DNA of 64,000 nucleotides from Candidatus Latescibacterota bacterium (lineage in GTDB: Bacteria > Latescibacterota > UBA2968 > GCA-2709665), in the NCBI GenBank assembly GCA_965219455.1, contig OZ244744.1:1312001-1376000 (forward strand), given 5' to 3'. Each line of letters opens with the position of its first letter. Within the stretch, counting starts at the first letter, position 1. This document shows, piece after piece, positions 29,849 through 39,022 of this stretch. A program made the position numbers and the translations under genes. The notes beneath the pieces are model-generated. The model saw only the letters and a program-made list of their open reading frames with translations, had not been told where the DNA came from and made no database searches.

Positions 29849-31489
29849 TCATTTCACGCGGCCGTGGTGGTCCCGCTCCAGAAATGCGTTCGCCCATGCG
29901 CTCGTTCCCTTCAAGGCGCCGTCCTTGAAGACCGCCGGCCCGTCCAGCATCTTCTCTTCCTCTCCGTATGCCTTGAGCCGTTCGTAGGCCAGCGACCAGA
30001 TGCACGCCTTCTCCCCCACCTCGCATCGTCCGTTTCGCGTTCCGCCGCAGGGGCCGTTGCGCTGGTTCTTGACGCATTGCGACTCGGGGCAGAGAAACGC
30101 GATATCGGGGAGCGAGCAATCGCCGCAGTCCCGGCAATCGAAGCCCGGAATCTTCACCGCCTGCTCCGCTCCATGCACGGCCCTCCGGAGGCGGCTTCCG
30201 GCGCGATCCACGGCCTCGAAGAACTTCTTGCCGATACGAAAAGCGGGGCGACCCTTTTCGAAGACGTGTTCGTGCACGAAGCGGTTGACCTTGTAGCCCG
30301 TGGAAACGCGGCTCCTGGCGGCCCTCAACACCTCGGGATCCTTCGAATGGCGATACTGGCGGTTGACCTCGTCCGAACCCAACCCCGTCGACTCGTCGGG
30401 TTCGAAGAAAAAAAACTCGTCGGGCTGCTGGAAGAGAAACTCATGAACGAAGTCTTTCCAATCCGCTTCACCGAAGCCGCCGGAAATCTCCAGGATTCGC
30501 GCGTAGTCCTCGAACTTCAGGTGTCCGCCAAGATAAGCCCCGCGATATCCCAGCCCCCTGGCGATAGCGCACTGCTTCGCGGCGAACTCCAGGAAGAAGG
30601 CCTTGCCCTTGTCCCGGGAACGGGCGTGCTTCCGCGTCAGCGCGAGCAACTCATCGGTGACAATCACGCCGGGAATGTTGCCCGCGTGAAAAAACCTGGC
30701 CGACGCGGGGCTGAGCACGTACACGTTGGCCAACACCGGCGCCCGTAGATCCTGAAGGGCCATATACTTCAGCAACTCGTCCTGCTTGCGCGCGTCGTAC
30801 CCGATCTGGTTGATGATGAAACCGGCGCCGCTCTCAACCTTTTTCGCCAGCTTGAAATACTGCGGCATCACCTCGCGTTCGTATCGCTTGTGGTTGTTCA
30901 CCACCGCACCCAGAAAGAAATGCGTGGGTTTCAGAAGCTGTTCGCCTCTGCCGCCTTCGAGGCGCATACCGGAATTCATCTCCGAGAACATCTTCAACAG
31001 ACCAACCGAATCGGTATCGAACACGCCGCCTGCCTGCCCGCGATATCCGCTTGCGGGATAGTCGCCCGACAGCGCCAGCACGTTTTCGAATCCTTCGCTT
31101 GCAAGTTCCCAGCCTCTGCTCAGCAGCGCATTCCGGTTCCAGTCCTTGCACGAAACGTGAATGATGACCTCCTGCCCCCGACCGAGCAGGTCGATCCCCA
31201 TCGTGTCCGCGCTGTTCGTGGCATTCCCACCGGGATTGTCGGTAATGCTCAGGGCGTCCACGCCCGGATGGTCGGCAAGCGCTCGCGCGAGATCCAGAAC
31301 GTGGCGCCCGCGGCGCTCGGTAATCACCCCCCGGGAATTGACCAGTTCCACGCAGACGACGAACCCGTCCGTGTCCTGGATCAGGTCGCGCAGGGAGCGT
31401 TTCTTCGTCGCGCTCCGGCCGTGGTTCACTCTGTCGGGAGACGTGGCCATATGGATATTCTCAAGAAGTGATTCGACGTTACGCGTCAC
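29849..31489 (-). CDS. metF: Methylenetetrahydrofolate reductase with fused C-terminal Cys-rich MetV-like domain
   Basis: SITDNPGG, HVSCKDWNR, LALSGDYP, KKVESGAGFIINQIGYD; C-terminal CRDCGDC...CPESQCVKNQRNGPCGG...CEV...CIW. Confidence 0.85.
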   Translation of the reverse strand: MTRNVESLLENIHMATSPDRVNHGRSATKKRSLRDLIQDTDGFVVCVELVNSRGVITERRGRHVLDLARALADHPGVDALSITDNPGGNATNSADTMGIDLLGRGQEVIIHVSCKDWNRNALLSRGWELASEGFENVLALSGDYPASGYRGQAGGVFDTDSVGLLKMFSEMNSGMRLEGGRGEQLLKPTHFFLGAVVNNHKRYEREVMPQYFKLAKKVESGAGFIINQIGYDARKQDELLKYMALQDLRAPVLANVYVLSPASARFFHAGNIPGVIVTDELLALTRKHARSRDKGKAFFLEFAAKQCAIARGLGYRGAYLGGHLKFEDYARILEISGGFGEADWKDFVHEFLFQQPDEFFFFEPDESTGLGSDEVNRQYRHSKDPEVLRAARSRVSTGYKVNRFVHEHVFEKGRPAFRIGKKFFEAVDRAGSRLRRAVHGAEQAVKIPGFDCRDCGDCSLPDIAFLCPESQCVKNQRNGPCGGTRNGRCEVGEKACIWSLAYERLKAYGEEEKMLDGPAVFKDGALKGTSAWANAFLERDHHGRVK

Positions 31490-33113
31490 CGTGGCGATGA
31501 AAAACGGCTGGCATCGGCTTGAACTGGCAACCTTCCACGAACACCTCGAAGAAATCCGGTGTTGTCTCGAGTTCGATATGTTCGATCTGTTTCACCAGCG
31601 CCTCGGCGGACGCCCTCTTTTCACGGGAAAGCAGCACCTCCCGAGCCCCCTGGACCGCCGCGTTCCCGATCTTCACGACGCGGTCCTCCACGATTGGCGC
31701 CAGAAAACCGATCTCAATTGCATTTTGCACGTTCACGTAATTGGCGAATCCCCCGGCCAGGTAGAGCGTGTCGATATCTTCCGGCCCGATGCCGAGGTGT
31801 CGCATCAGGATAAACTGACCGCAGAAATTCGCCGCCTTGGCCTGCGCAAGATTGCTGGCGTCTTCACGGGACAGCGTAATCCCGTACTCCGGGACAACCG
31901 TCACCTCGTAGGACCTGTCCGCAAACATTCCCTTCGGCGCCATAAGGTCATGCCGCCTGAGTTCCGCCAGCAGATCGATCAACCCGGATCCGCATATTCC
32001 CTCCGGTTCAACGTGCCCGATGGTCTGGTATTCGAACCCGCCGTCTTTCAGCCGCATCGACTCGATGGCGCCTTCATGGCCGGGCATCCCGTACCGGATC
32101 AGGCCCCCCTCGAACGCGGGTCCGGCCGGACAGGAAGCGGTCAGCAATCGGTCGGGGCTTCCCACCACCACCTCGGTATTGGTCCCCACGTCAACAAGCA
32201 TCACCAGGCCATCCGCAGACGTCAGGTCCATCGCCACGAGGTCGGCCGCGGTATCCGCCCCCACGTGGCTGGCAATCAGCGGCATCCCGTATACCTTCGC
32301 CCGCGGATTGGCGCGCAGCCCCAGGCGCCGGGAACCCTGCAGCAGCGACGTCGTTTCCCGTTCACCCTCGAGATAGGCATGTTCCACGCCGGATTTGTAC
32401 GGTCTCTGGCCGATGCTCTGCACATCCAGCTTGAAGAAGATGTCCCGCATCGTGGAGTTTGCCGCCACAACCACCTCGTAAATCTCCTGGCGTACAAACC
32501 CGAAGCGTTTTCCCAGTTCAAGGATTTCGTGGTTGATCGCGTTGACAACCGTCTTCTGCAGTTCGCCCTGAAACTCCCCGTCGTAGGAGATGCGGTTCAT
32601 CACGTCGCTGCCGCCGAAGCGCTGGGGATTCTCGAAGGAACTCACGTGGACGCTCTTCCCGGTGGCCAGGTCCACAAGATCCATTACCACTGTTGTCGTG
32701 CCCAGATCGATCGCGATGCCGAACAGGTGGCCACGATACCTGTCAACGGCCACACCGTCGTAATAAACAACGTCCCCCCGGCGCGTGACCAGGGGGTCCG
32801 GATCGAGGGGTTTTTCCAGGGTACTGGAGAGAATCTTGGGCTTGCGTCTCAGCGGCGAGAATTCGATATCGGCCCCGGCGTCTTCGACCACCGCCTGGCA
32901 GGCGAGGCGGTAATCCTCCCGCAAGAACGACTCCACGTCGTTTCGGGGTCGCAACGCGTCCATCCCGCACCTGATTTCAACCACACACTCGTGGCAGTGT
33001 CCGGTGCGCCCGCACGACGTGGGCACCTGAACCGCCAGTTCATCCGCATAGTCAAAAACCGTCTTCCCGGCTGCCAGCGCCCTCCTGTTCCCGTCGTGAG
33101 TTATGGTACCCAT
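31479..33113 (-). CDS. ASKHA-type ATP-dependent reductive activator of corrinoid proteins (RamA/RACo-like) with N-terminal 2Fe-2S domain
   Basis: SCGRTGHCHEC...RLACQA ferredoxin domain; IAIDLGTTT, VDVGTNTE, AGPAFEGG, GICGSGLID, LAGGFANY. Confidence 0.9.
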   Translation of the reverse strand: MGTITHDGNRRALAAGKTVFDYADELAVQVPTSCGRTGHCHECVVEIRCGMDALRPRNDVESFLREDYRLACQAVVEDAGADIEFSPLRRKPKILSSTLEKPLDPDPLVTRRGDVVYYDGVAVDRYRGHLFGIAIDLGTTTVVMDLVDLATGKSVHVSSFENPQRFGGSDVMNRISYDGEFQGELQKTVVNAINHEILELGKRFGFVRQEIYEVVVAANSTMRDIFFKLDVQSIGQRPYKSGVEHAYLEGERETTSLLQGSRRLGLRANPRAKVYGMPLIASHVGADTAADLVAMDLTSADGLVMLVDVGTNTEVVVGSPDRLLTASCPAGPAFEGGLIRYGMPGHEGAIESMRLKDGGFEYQTIGHVEPEGICGSGLIDLLAELRRHDLMAPKGMFADRSYEVTVVPEYGITLSREDASNLAQAKAANFCGQFILMRHLGIGPEDIDTLYLAGGFANYVNVQNAIEIGFLAPIVEDRVVKIGNAAVQGAREVLLSREKRASAEALVKQIEHIELETTPDFFEVFVEGCQFKPMPAVFHRHGDA

Positions 33114-33121
33114 GCGGCGTC

Positions 33122-33397
33122 CTAGTCCTTGCTCCCGACGAACGCACCCTGTTTCGCCTCCGTCTCCCACGCGCCGCGATAGTCCAGCTTGTCGTCTCCG
33201 CCGCACATCAGCAGCGTTCCGCCCGGACGGGGCTTCCGCTGATTTCTGCAGCCGAACCTGGCCGTACACTCGTCGAAACGGTTCTTGTACGGGCAACGCA
33301 CGGTGGACAGTTCATCGGCATGGGCGATCATGCCGGCGAACAGCTCCGTGATCCTATCCAGCCGTTTCTGATAGTCGTCTCTGTCGATCTTTCGCAT
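33122..33397 (-). CDS. Small Cys-rich hypothetical protein
   Basis: ATG at 33397, tightly packed in the operon. Contains RCPYKNRFDECTARFGCRNQ...MCGGD. Confidence 0.7.
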   Translation of the reverse strand: MRKIDRDDYQKRLDRITELFAGMIAHADELSTVRCPYKNRFDECTARFGCRNQRKPRPGGTLLMCGGDDKLDYRGAWETEAKQGAFVGSKD

Positions 33398-33405
33398 GGT
33401 CGGGC

Positions 33406-34176
33406 TCACGCGTTCAGGTTGGTCTCTTCCTTCATCTCGTCCAGCAGTTGTTTGGCCAGGTCCACGCACGCCATCGCATCCTTGCCGTACCCGTCGGCGC
33501 CCATATCGTCGGCGAATTCCTGGGTGACTGGCGCCCCCCCCACCATAATTTTCACGTCTTCCCGCAAGTCGGCATCGATGAATGCCTCAATCGTTTTGCC
33601 CATATTGGGCATGGTTGTCGTCAGCAGCGCCGACATCCCCAGCAGCGGCGCGCCGTGTTCCTCCACGGCATCCATGAATTCGTCTTCCGACGTGTCCACT
33701 CCCAGATCGTGGACGACAAACCCGGTGCCGCGAAGCATCATAATGCAGAGGTTCTTTCCGATATCGTGCAGATCGCCCTTTACCGTGCCCATAATTACCG
33801 TTCCGACCGGCTCGATGCCCGACGCGGAGAGAATGGGTTCGATATACGCCATGCCGGCCTTCATCGCCCGGGCGCAGGCCAGCACTTCCGGAACGAAGAT
33901 GAAATTTTCGCGAAACTTGATCCCCACAATGCCCATTCCCGCGATCAACCCGTCGTCCATCACCTCCAGCGCCTCGGTGCCTGCATCCAGGGCGACCCTG
34001 GTCAATGCGTCCACCTCGTGATGGGCGCCGTCGATCAAGGCCGCGGCAATCGCCTGCATTTTCGGACTGACTCCGGCAAACGTGTCGATCGTCCGCTCCC
34101 GCTCGTCTTCCCGCTCCAGAAACTCCTCGATCTCGTCGCGGATGAATTCGTTTTCGATATCGTTGATTTCCGCCAT
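33406..34176 (-). CDS. Corrinoid (B12-binding) methyl-carrier protein
   Basis: Cap domain GLIAGMGIVG..F...FVPEVL; GTVKGDLHDIGKN; MSALLTTT; MVGGAP. Confidence 0.93.
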   Translation of the reverse strand: MAEINDIENEFIRDEIEEFLEREDERERTIDTFAGVSPKMQAIAAALIDGAHHEVDALTRVALDAGTEALEVMDDGLIAGMGIVGIKFRENFIFVPEVLACARAMKAGMAYIEPILSASGIEPVGTVIMGTVKGDLHDIGKNLCIMMLRGTGFVVHDLGVDTSEDEFMDAVEEHGAPLLGMSALLTTTMPNMGKTIEAFIDADLREDVKIMVGGAPVTQEFADDMGADGYGKDAMACVDLAKQLLDEMKEETNLNA

Positions 34177-34263
34177 CGTGTTCCTGTCCCTTTCGACCCG
34201 CCATCGCCGCTCGCGAAAATGAGCGATACTGGATTCCCTTGATACCTGCTCCGTTCCGATCAG

Positions 34264-35310
34264 TTAGTTCGCCGCCTGTTCCCGGTGCCAGTCCCGGACC
34301 GCCCCGGGAATTTCCTTAAGGTTCTCTATTGACGTCTGCAGCGGTATCGCGCACTCAGGTCCGACGAGGTGTACACCGGCGTCCAGGTTACTGAAGACCT
34401 CCTGGCGGACCGCTTCGGGCCCTTTTGAAAACAGCGTTTCGGGATTGTTGATGTTGCCCACCAGCGAGATCCGCTCCTTCACCGCCGCCATGGACTCTCC
34501 CGGCTCGTTTTTCGAGTCGTAATGGAACGCGGACATCCCCGTCTGCGCGATATACTCCATCCGATCCACCGTCCGCCCGCAGATGTGCAGAATCAGCGGA
34601 ATCGGAATCCGCTCCACGAATTCGATGTGCAGATCCCGAAGATACCGCTTGTAATACTCCCCGCTCACCAGGTCGCCCGTCGCGTGATCGGGCAGCGTGA
34701 GCGCATCCGCGCCCGCCTCGATCTGCGCCACCCCGAAATCCACCGTGACTTCCTTCATCCTGTCCAGGCATGCCTTCGTCTTGTCCGGGTCGTCCAGCGA
34801 CATCAGCAGAAAGGGTTCCACGCCGAAACAGTGATATCCCAGCGACCAGGGGCCCATCGTCTTCCCGATGATGGCCACGTCATCCCCGAATTCCTTTTTC
34901 AGAATCCGGATCGCATCCAGCACGCACTTCGTATCCTGGTGCGTGAGCAGGTCGGCCGGAATCCGGATGTCGTCCACGTCCTCCCAGATGGGCTCGCGCA
35001 TCTTCACCGTGGGCCAGTTGTCTTTCTGCTCCCACTGAACCTTGCAGCCAAGCGCCGCCGACTCCTGGATAATTGTAAACACGGGCATGATCGTATCGAA
35101 CCCCAACTCGGTATGCCCCGTCGCGGCAAGCCGCGCCATCAGTTCCGGGTTCCTGTTCGCGTCCGGGAAAGGCGCGTCCACGAGATCCATCAGTTCCACC
35201 GTTGCCACGGATGTCGGATTGCAAACCGGCGTCCGGTCCACCGGCTCTCTCTTCAACGCCGCCAGAACACGCTCGCGGCTGGTCATCGGACCCGCGGTTT
35301 GAGTCCCCAT
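34264..35310 (-). CDS. MtaA/CmuA-family (uroporphyrinogen decarboxylase fold) methyltransferase
   Basis: SRERVLAAL...VDRTPV, ESAALGC, AQIEAGAD, ILHICG, VGNIN, GPECAIP. Confidence 0.88.
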   Translation of the reverse strand: MGTQTAGPMTSRERVLAALKREPVDRTPVCNPTSVATVELMDLVDAPFPDANRNPELMARLAATGHTELGFDTIMPVFTIIQESAALGCKVQWEQKDNWPTVKMREPIWEDVDDIRIPADLLTHQDTKCVLDAIRILKKEFGDDVAIIGKTMGPWSLGYHCFGVEPFLLMSLDDPDKTKACLDRMKEVTVDFGVAQIEAGADALTLPDHATGDLVSGEYYKRYLRDLHIEFVERIPIPLILHICGRTVDRMEYIAQTGMSAFHYDSKNEPGESMAAVKERISLVGNINNPETLFSKGPEAVRQEVFSNLDAGVHLVGPECAIPLQTSIENLKEIPGAVRDWHREQAAN

Positions 35311-35357
35311 TTTTCTGGCCTCCTGTCCAAAACCTTGTTTGTGCTGCACGGCGGCGC

Positions 35358-35987
35358 TTACCTTTGCTGGCTGGGTGCGGCCAGAACGCCGCGGGACCCC
35401 GCCGTGTCCTGCTCACGAACCGCCGCCCGGACGTTCGGGGCGCGAACGAGAAGCAGTCCCACCGCCGCGTCGTGGTCGTATCCGCACGAAAACGCGACCG
35501 TGTCCAGACTCCGGGATTGCATTTCTCCAAGCTTGACCAGCCCGCCGGCAACCACCGGGATCCTTCGTGCTCCGTCTTTACCCTCACCTTCGGCGCCGAC
35601 GCGGTACGCACCCTCCCCCAGGCCGGACACCGTCATATTCAAACCCGACTTCCTGTCGAGGATCGTCAACGGGCGAGCGACAACCTCGGTTCCGGACGCC
35701 AGCTTGCACGCTTCCAGAAAAATACGCCGGCAGGCCGGTTCGTGCGCCTCTCCGCACGGAAGGCGCAGCAGCCCGTCGGGTGCTCGCTCCATGCCGCCGA
35801 GCACCGTCATCGCGTCCGCGACAAACGCGATTCGCTCGTCTGACCCGGTTCTTCCGCTATACGTGTACACGCGATACACGGGACCCCCGTCCCGCTCCTG
35901 CCGGTACAGCCCGATCGTGATTTCATGAAAATGCGGATCCATCGGCACCAGTTCGATGCGCGTTCCGATATCGAGTGTTCGGCCCAT
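35358..35987 (-). CDS. Hypothetical protein, first gene of the methyltransferase operon
   Basis: GGAGG RBS followed by ATG at 35987; co-oriented with the operon. No family recognised. Confidence 0.7.
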   Translation of the reverse strand: MGRTLDIGTRIELVPMDPHFHEITIGLYRQERDGGPVYRVYTYSGRTGSDERIAFVADAMTVLGGMERAPDGLLRLPCGEAHEPACRRIFLEACKLASGTEVVARPLTILDRKSGLNMTVSGLGEGAYRVGAEGEGKDGARRIPVVAGGLVKLGEMQSRSLDTVAFSCGYDHDAAVGLLLVRAPNVRAAVREQDTAGSRGVLAAPSQQR

Positions 35988-36055
35988 CGCGCCATCCTCC
36001 GGCAAGTTTTCTCTTGACAGCAGGGAACCCGGTCTGTTCTTTTGCTATTGTGATG

Positions 36056-36109
36056 ATGGTCAGACCAATTCTGGACTATAAGATTAACCCAAAAGCGGAT
36101 CTTTGTAAA
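36056..36109 (-). promoter_or_regulatory. Operon promoter with downstream FadR-subfamily operator
   Basis: Minus-strand TTTACA (36104-36109)-17 bp-TAATCT (36081-36086). Palindrome TGGTCAGACCA at 36057-36067. Confidence 0.7.
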
Positions 36110-36203
36110 GCGAAAACTTGCCGTCGTGACAGATTGTTGGCCCCGTACAACCGGGATCGTATTTTAATAGTTATAAAATAAAGATTTACAAAGGGATGAT
36201 CAC

Positions 36204-36971
36204 GTGAATCGCCAACGGAAGGCCCCGGCCGTCGAGCAGATGACGCCCGTCAGGCGCACCTCCCTGAGCGACGAAATTGTCGCTCAGATCATCGACCTGA
36301 TCTCCCGGGACGTGCTGAAACCGGGCGATCGGCTGCCGCCGGAAAGAAGCCTGTGCAAACAATTCCACGTCGGCCGGACCTCCCTGAGGGAAGCGCTGCG
36401 CTCCCTCTCCGTAATGGGTATCCTGGAAGGCCGCGTCGGCGAGGGCACGTTCGTTAGCGACAACACCGGCCGATACCTGGAAAATTCCCTCCGATGGGGT
36501 CTGCTGCTGGACCCGAAGGAAGTCAAGGATCTCGTGGAGACCCGGCTCATGCTGGAAACCCGGAACGCATTTCTGGCCGCGAGGCGCGCAACTGAAGATG
36601 ACTTCCTGGAACTCGAACGGACAATCCTTGGAATCGAAGCATCTCTCGACCGGCCCGCGGAATTCCTGGAATTCGACGTTCAATTCCACATGGCCGTTGC
36701 CCGGGCCACACAGAATTCGATCCTCTGCAACCTTCTTGTGATGATCCGCAACTACCTTCAGCAGTGGATCGGAGCCAGCCTGGAGGAACCCGCAACCCAC
36801 ACGGTGGAAGCGCGCGCCCGGATGTCGCTGGATGAACACGGGGAAATCCTGCGCGCCCTCCGGGATGGCGATGCCGAAGCCGCGCAGCAGGCCATGGAAG
36901 ACCACATTCTGTCCAGCAGCGTGGACCTGCGGGCGCGGATCAAGGAAGATTCCGAAAACCGATCGGAGTGA
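36204..36971 (+). CDS. GntR/FadR-family transcriptional regulator
   Basis: LKPGDRLPPERSL..FHVGRTSLREAL HTH; FCD domain FDVQFHMAVARATQN. Confidence 0.93.
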   Translation: MNRQRKAPAVEQMTPVRRTSLSDEIVAQIIDLISRDVLKPGDRLPPERSLCKQFHVGRTSLREALRSLSVMGILEGRVGEGTFVSDNTGRYLENSLRWGLLLDPKEVKDLVETRLMLETRNAFLAARRATEDDFLELERTILGIEASLDRPAEFLEFDVQFHMAVARATQNSILCNLLVMIRNYLQQWIGASLEEPATHTVEARARMSLDEHGEILRALRDGDAEAAQQAMEDHILSSSVDLRARIKEDSENRSE

Positions 36972-37022
36972 AACTCTACCCGTTCAGTACATACCCAGTG
37001 TCCCGTCCCGGAAATAGATTGC

Positions 37023-37886
37023 CTAAATTCGGGACAGAACACGAGCCACCGTTTTTGAAAACCCGTCATCCTCCAGCGACTCGGCCATCCGCACCCCCGC
37101 AGCTGCGGCGGAATCCCTCGTCAGGCTATCCGCGTTTCCCATCAGCACGCCAATGCCCGCCGCCCCCAACATCGGAAGATCGTTGTCCCCGTCCCCGACC
37201 GCCAGCGCCTGCGAAGGGGAAACGTCGCACGCCTCGCAAAGCTTCCGCAGTGCCACCGCTTTGTTCACCTCCGGATGCATAATTTCGATCCGGTCATTCC
37301 CCGTACGAGCCAGATAGAACCGTCGCCCGAACGCCGCCTGCATTCCCGCGAACACCTCTTCCCTCCGCGACGGCCCAGGCAGTACGATCATCTTCGGCGG
37401 CGGACCAAGTTCCCGCCGCTGCATCCTGTCGAACAGATGCTCGTCAAGCAGGATATCCACGCCCGTCATACGAACCAGATTTCGAACCCACTCTGTCTCC
37501 TCGTCGGTCAGATAGGATTCGTTCAGGCCGTGACTGTCCGTCTCGCACCGGCAGTAGATGAAATTCAACCGCCAATCGGCGATTAAACGCAACAGATCGG
37601 GAAGACCATCCCGCGGCAATCGCTGTTCGTGCAACAACGGCCGCTCGTTGTCCGGCCCGTTTCCCAGTACCATCGCTCCATTGTAGCTCCCCACCATCAG
37701 CGCCGCCCTCAGATCGGGCGAAAACGGCGCCAGGCTTTTCCCCACGTTTCGTCCGCTGATAGAAGCCAGGGGAATTTCTGCTTTTATCAGACGCCGAAGC
37801 GCGTCGACCGAAGCTCCTGAAATCCGGCCCCTGTCGTCGAGCAGCGTGCCATCCAGATCAAACGCCACCAGCCGCACGTCACCCAT
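37023..37886 (-). CDS. Cof-type HAD hydrolase
   Basis: FDLDGTLL, VNKAVAL, VGDGDNDLPML. Confidence 0.9.
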   Translation of the reverse strand: MGDVRLVAFDLDGTLLDDRGRISGASVDALRRLIKAEIPLASISGRNVGKSLAPFSPDLRAALMVGSYNGAMVLGNGPDNERPLLHEQRLPRDGLPDLLRLIADWRLNFIYCRCETDSHGLNESYLTDEETEWVRNLVRMTGVDILLDEHLFDRMQRRELGPPPKMIVLPGPSRREEVFAGMQAAFGRRFYLARTGNDRIEIMHPEVNKAVALRKLCEACDVSPSQALAVGDGDNDLPMLGAAGIGVLMGNADSLTRDSAAAAGVRMAESLEDDGFSKTVARVLSRI

Positions 37887-37921
37887 TTTGCCTCTCTCTC
37901 GGCGACACCCCGAGACTCGAT

Positions 37922-38938
37922 TCAGAATTCCGTCACCACCTTCGCGGGCTTACCGGTTTTGATCGATTCCGCCACCGCGAAACACGCAGCCATCGTCCGC
38001 GCGCCGTCCCTTACGTCGATCGTTGGCGCCTCACCCGTATCCAGGCAGTGCAGGAAATGCGACAGTTCCTCGCCGCAGGCGTGCACTTCGCCCAGCACCG
38101 GGAACGGGATATCCGCGAATGCCTCGATTTCTCCGAATTCCTTCAGATAGAGCCGGTTCTCCTCCACCGTACCCTCCGTTCCGTACAGATTGAACGTCAT
38201 GGAATACGGACGGGGTGCTCCCACGGAAACCAGGCACTTTCCAACCGCGCCGTTCCTGAACTTCAACGACGCAATCACCGTGTCGTGCCAATCCACGTCG
38301 TGCAGGACCTTCGTGACGCCGTAGGCCGATACCTCCTCCAGTTCCCCCACAATCCAGCGCATCAGGTCCAGCGGATGGCACGCCCCGCCGATCACCGCGA
38401 ATTGCCCTTCGCCACGGTGCCGCCACCACTGGTGTCCCGGACCCCGCAGGAACGGCCCCAGCGAATGCACGTAATCCGACTCGCAGAAACAGGCCTCTCC
38501 AAGCTTGCCGGAAACGTACAGATCCTTCACCGCCCGGTGCAACTGTCTGAAACGCGCCCCATGCCCCACCATCAACTGCCGGCCGGACCGTTCGACCGCG
38601 GCAACCATCCGACGGCAATCCCGCAACGTGGTCGCCATGGGCTTTTCGCAGAACACGTGCTTGCCGGCCTCCAACGCCGCCACGGCCTCATCGGCATGCA
38701 GCCGGTTCGGCGTGCAAAGATAGACCACGTCGACCGCTTCGTCCGAAACAATCTCGCCGTAGTCCGTCGTCACCCTTTCGGCCCCGTATTCCGCCTTCAT
38801 CTCCTGCAATCGACCCGCGCTGCGCTCCGATCCACAGATCGCACGCAACCTGGCCTGCGGATGCCCCGCAATCGCCTTGATATGCTCCAGGCCGATATAC
38901 CCTGTACCCACGACCGCGATTTGGTATTCCAATGCCAC
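37922..38938 (-). CDS. Gfo/Idh/MocA oxidoreductase
   Basis: VVGTGYIG, CTPNRLH, GKHVFCEKPM. Confidence 0.9.
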   Translation of the reverse strand: MALEYQIAVVGTGYIGLEHIKAIAGHPQARLRAICGSERSAGRLQEMKAEYGAERVTTDYGEIVSDEAVDVVYLCTPNRLHADEAVAALEAGKHVFCEKPMATTLRDCRRMVAAVERSGRQLMVGHGARFRQLHRAVKDLYVSGKLGEACFCESDYVHSLGPFLRGPGHQWWRHRGEGQFAVIGGACHPLDLMRWIVGELEEVSAYGVTKVLHDVDWHDTVIASLKFRNGAVGKCLVSVGAPRPYSMTFNLYGTEGTVEENRLYLKEFGEIEAFADIPFPVLGEVHACGEELSHFLHCLDTGEAPTIDVRDGARTMAACFAVAESIKTGKPAKVVTEF

Positions 38939-39022
38939 GACTCCGTTCCTTTCGGATTATTGCAAGGACTTAAGGTCAACGATCAACGGCTGGCGGAACG
39001 CCTAACCGCCGGGGCCGTGCGA

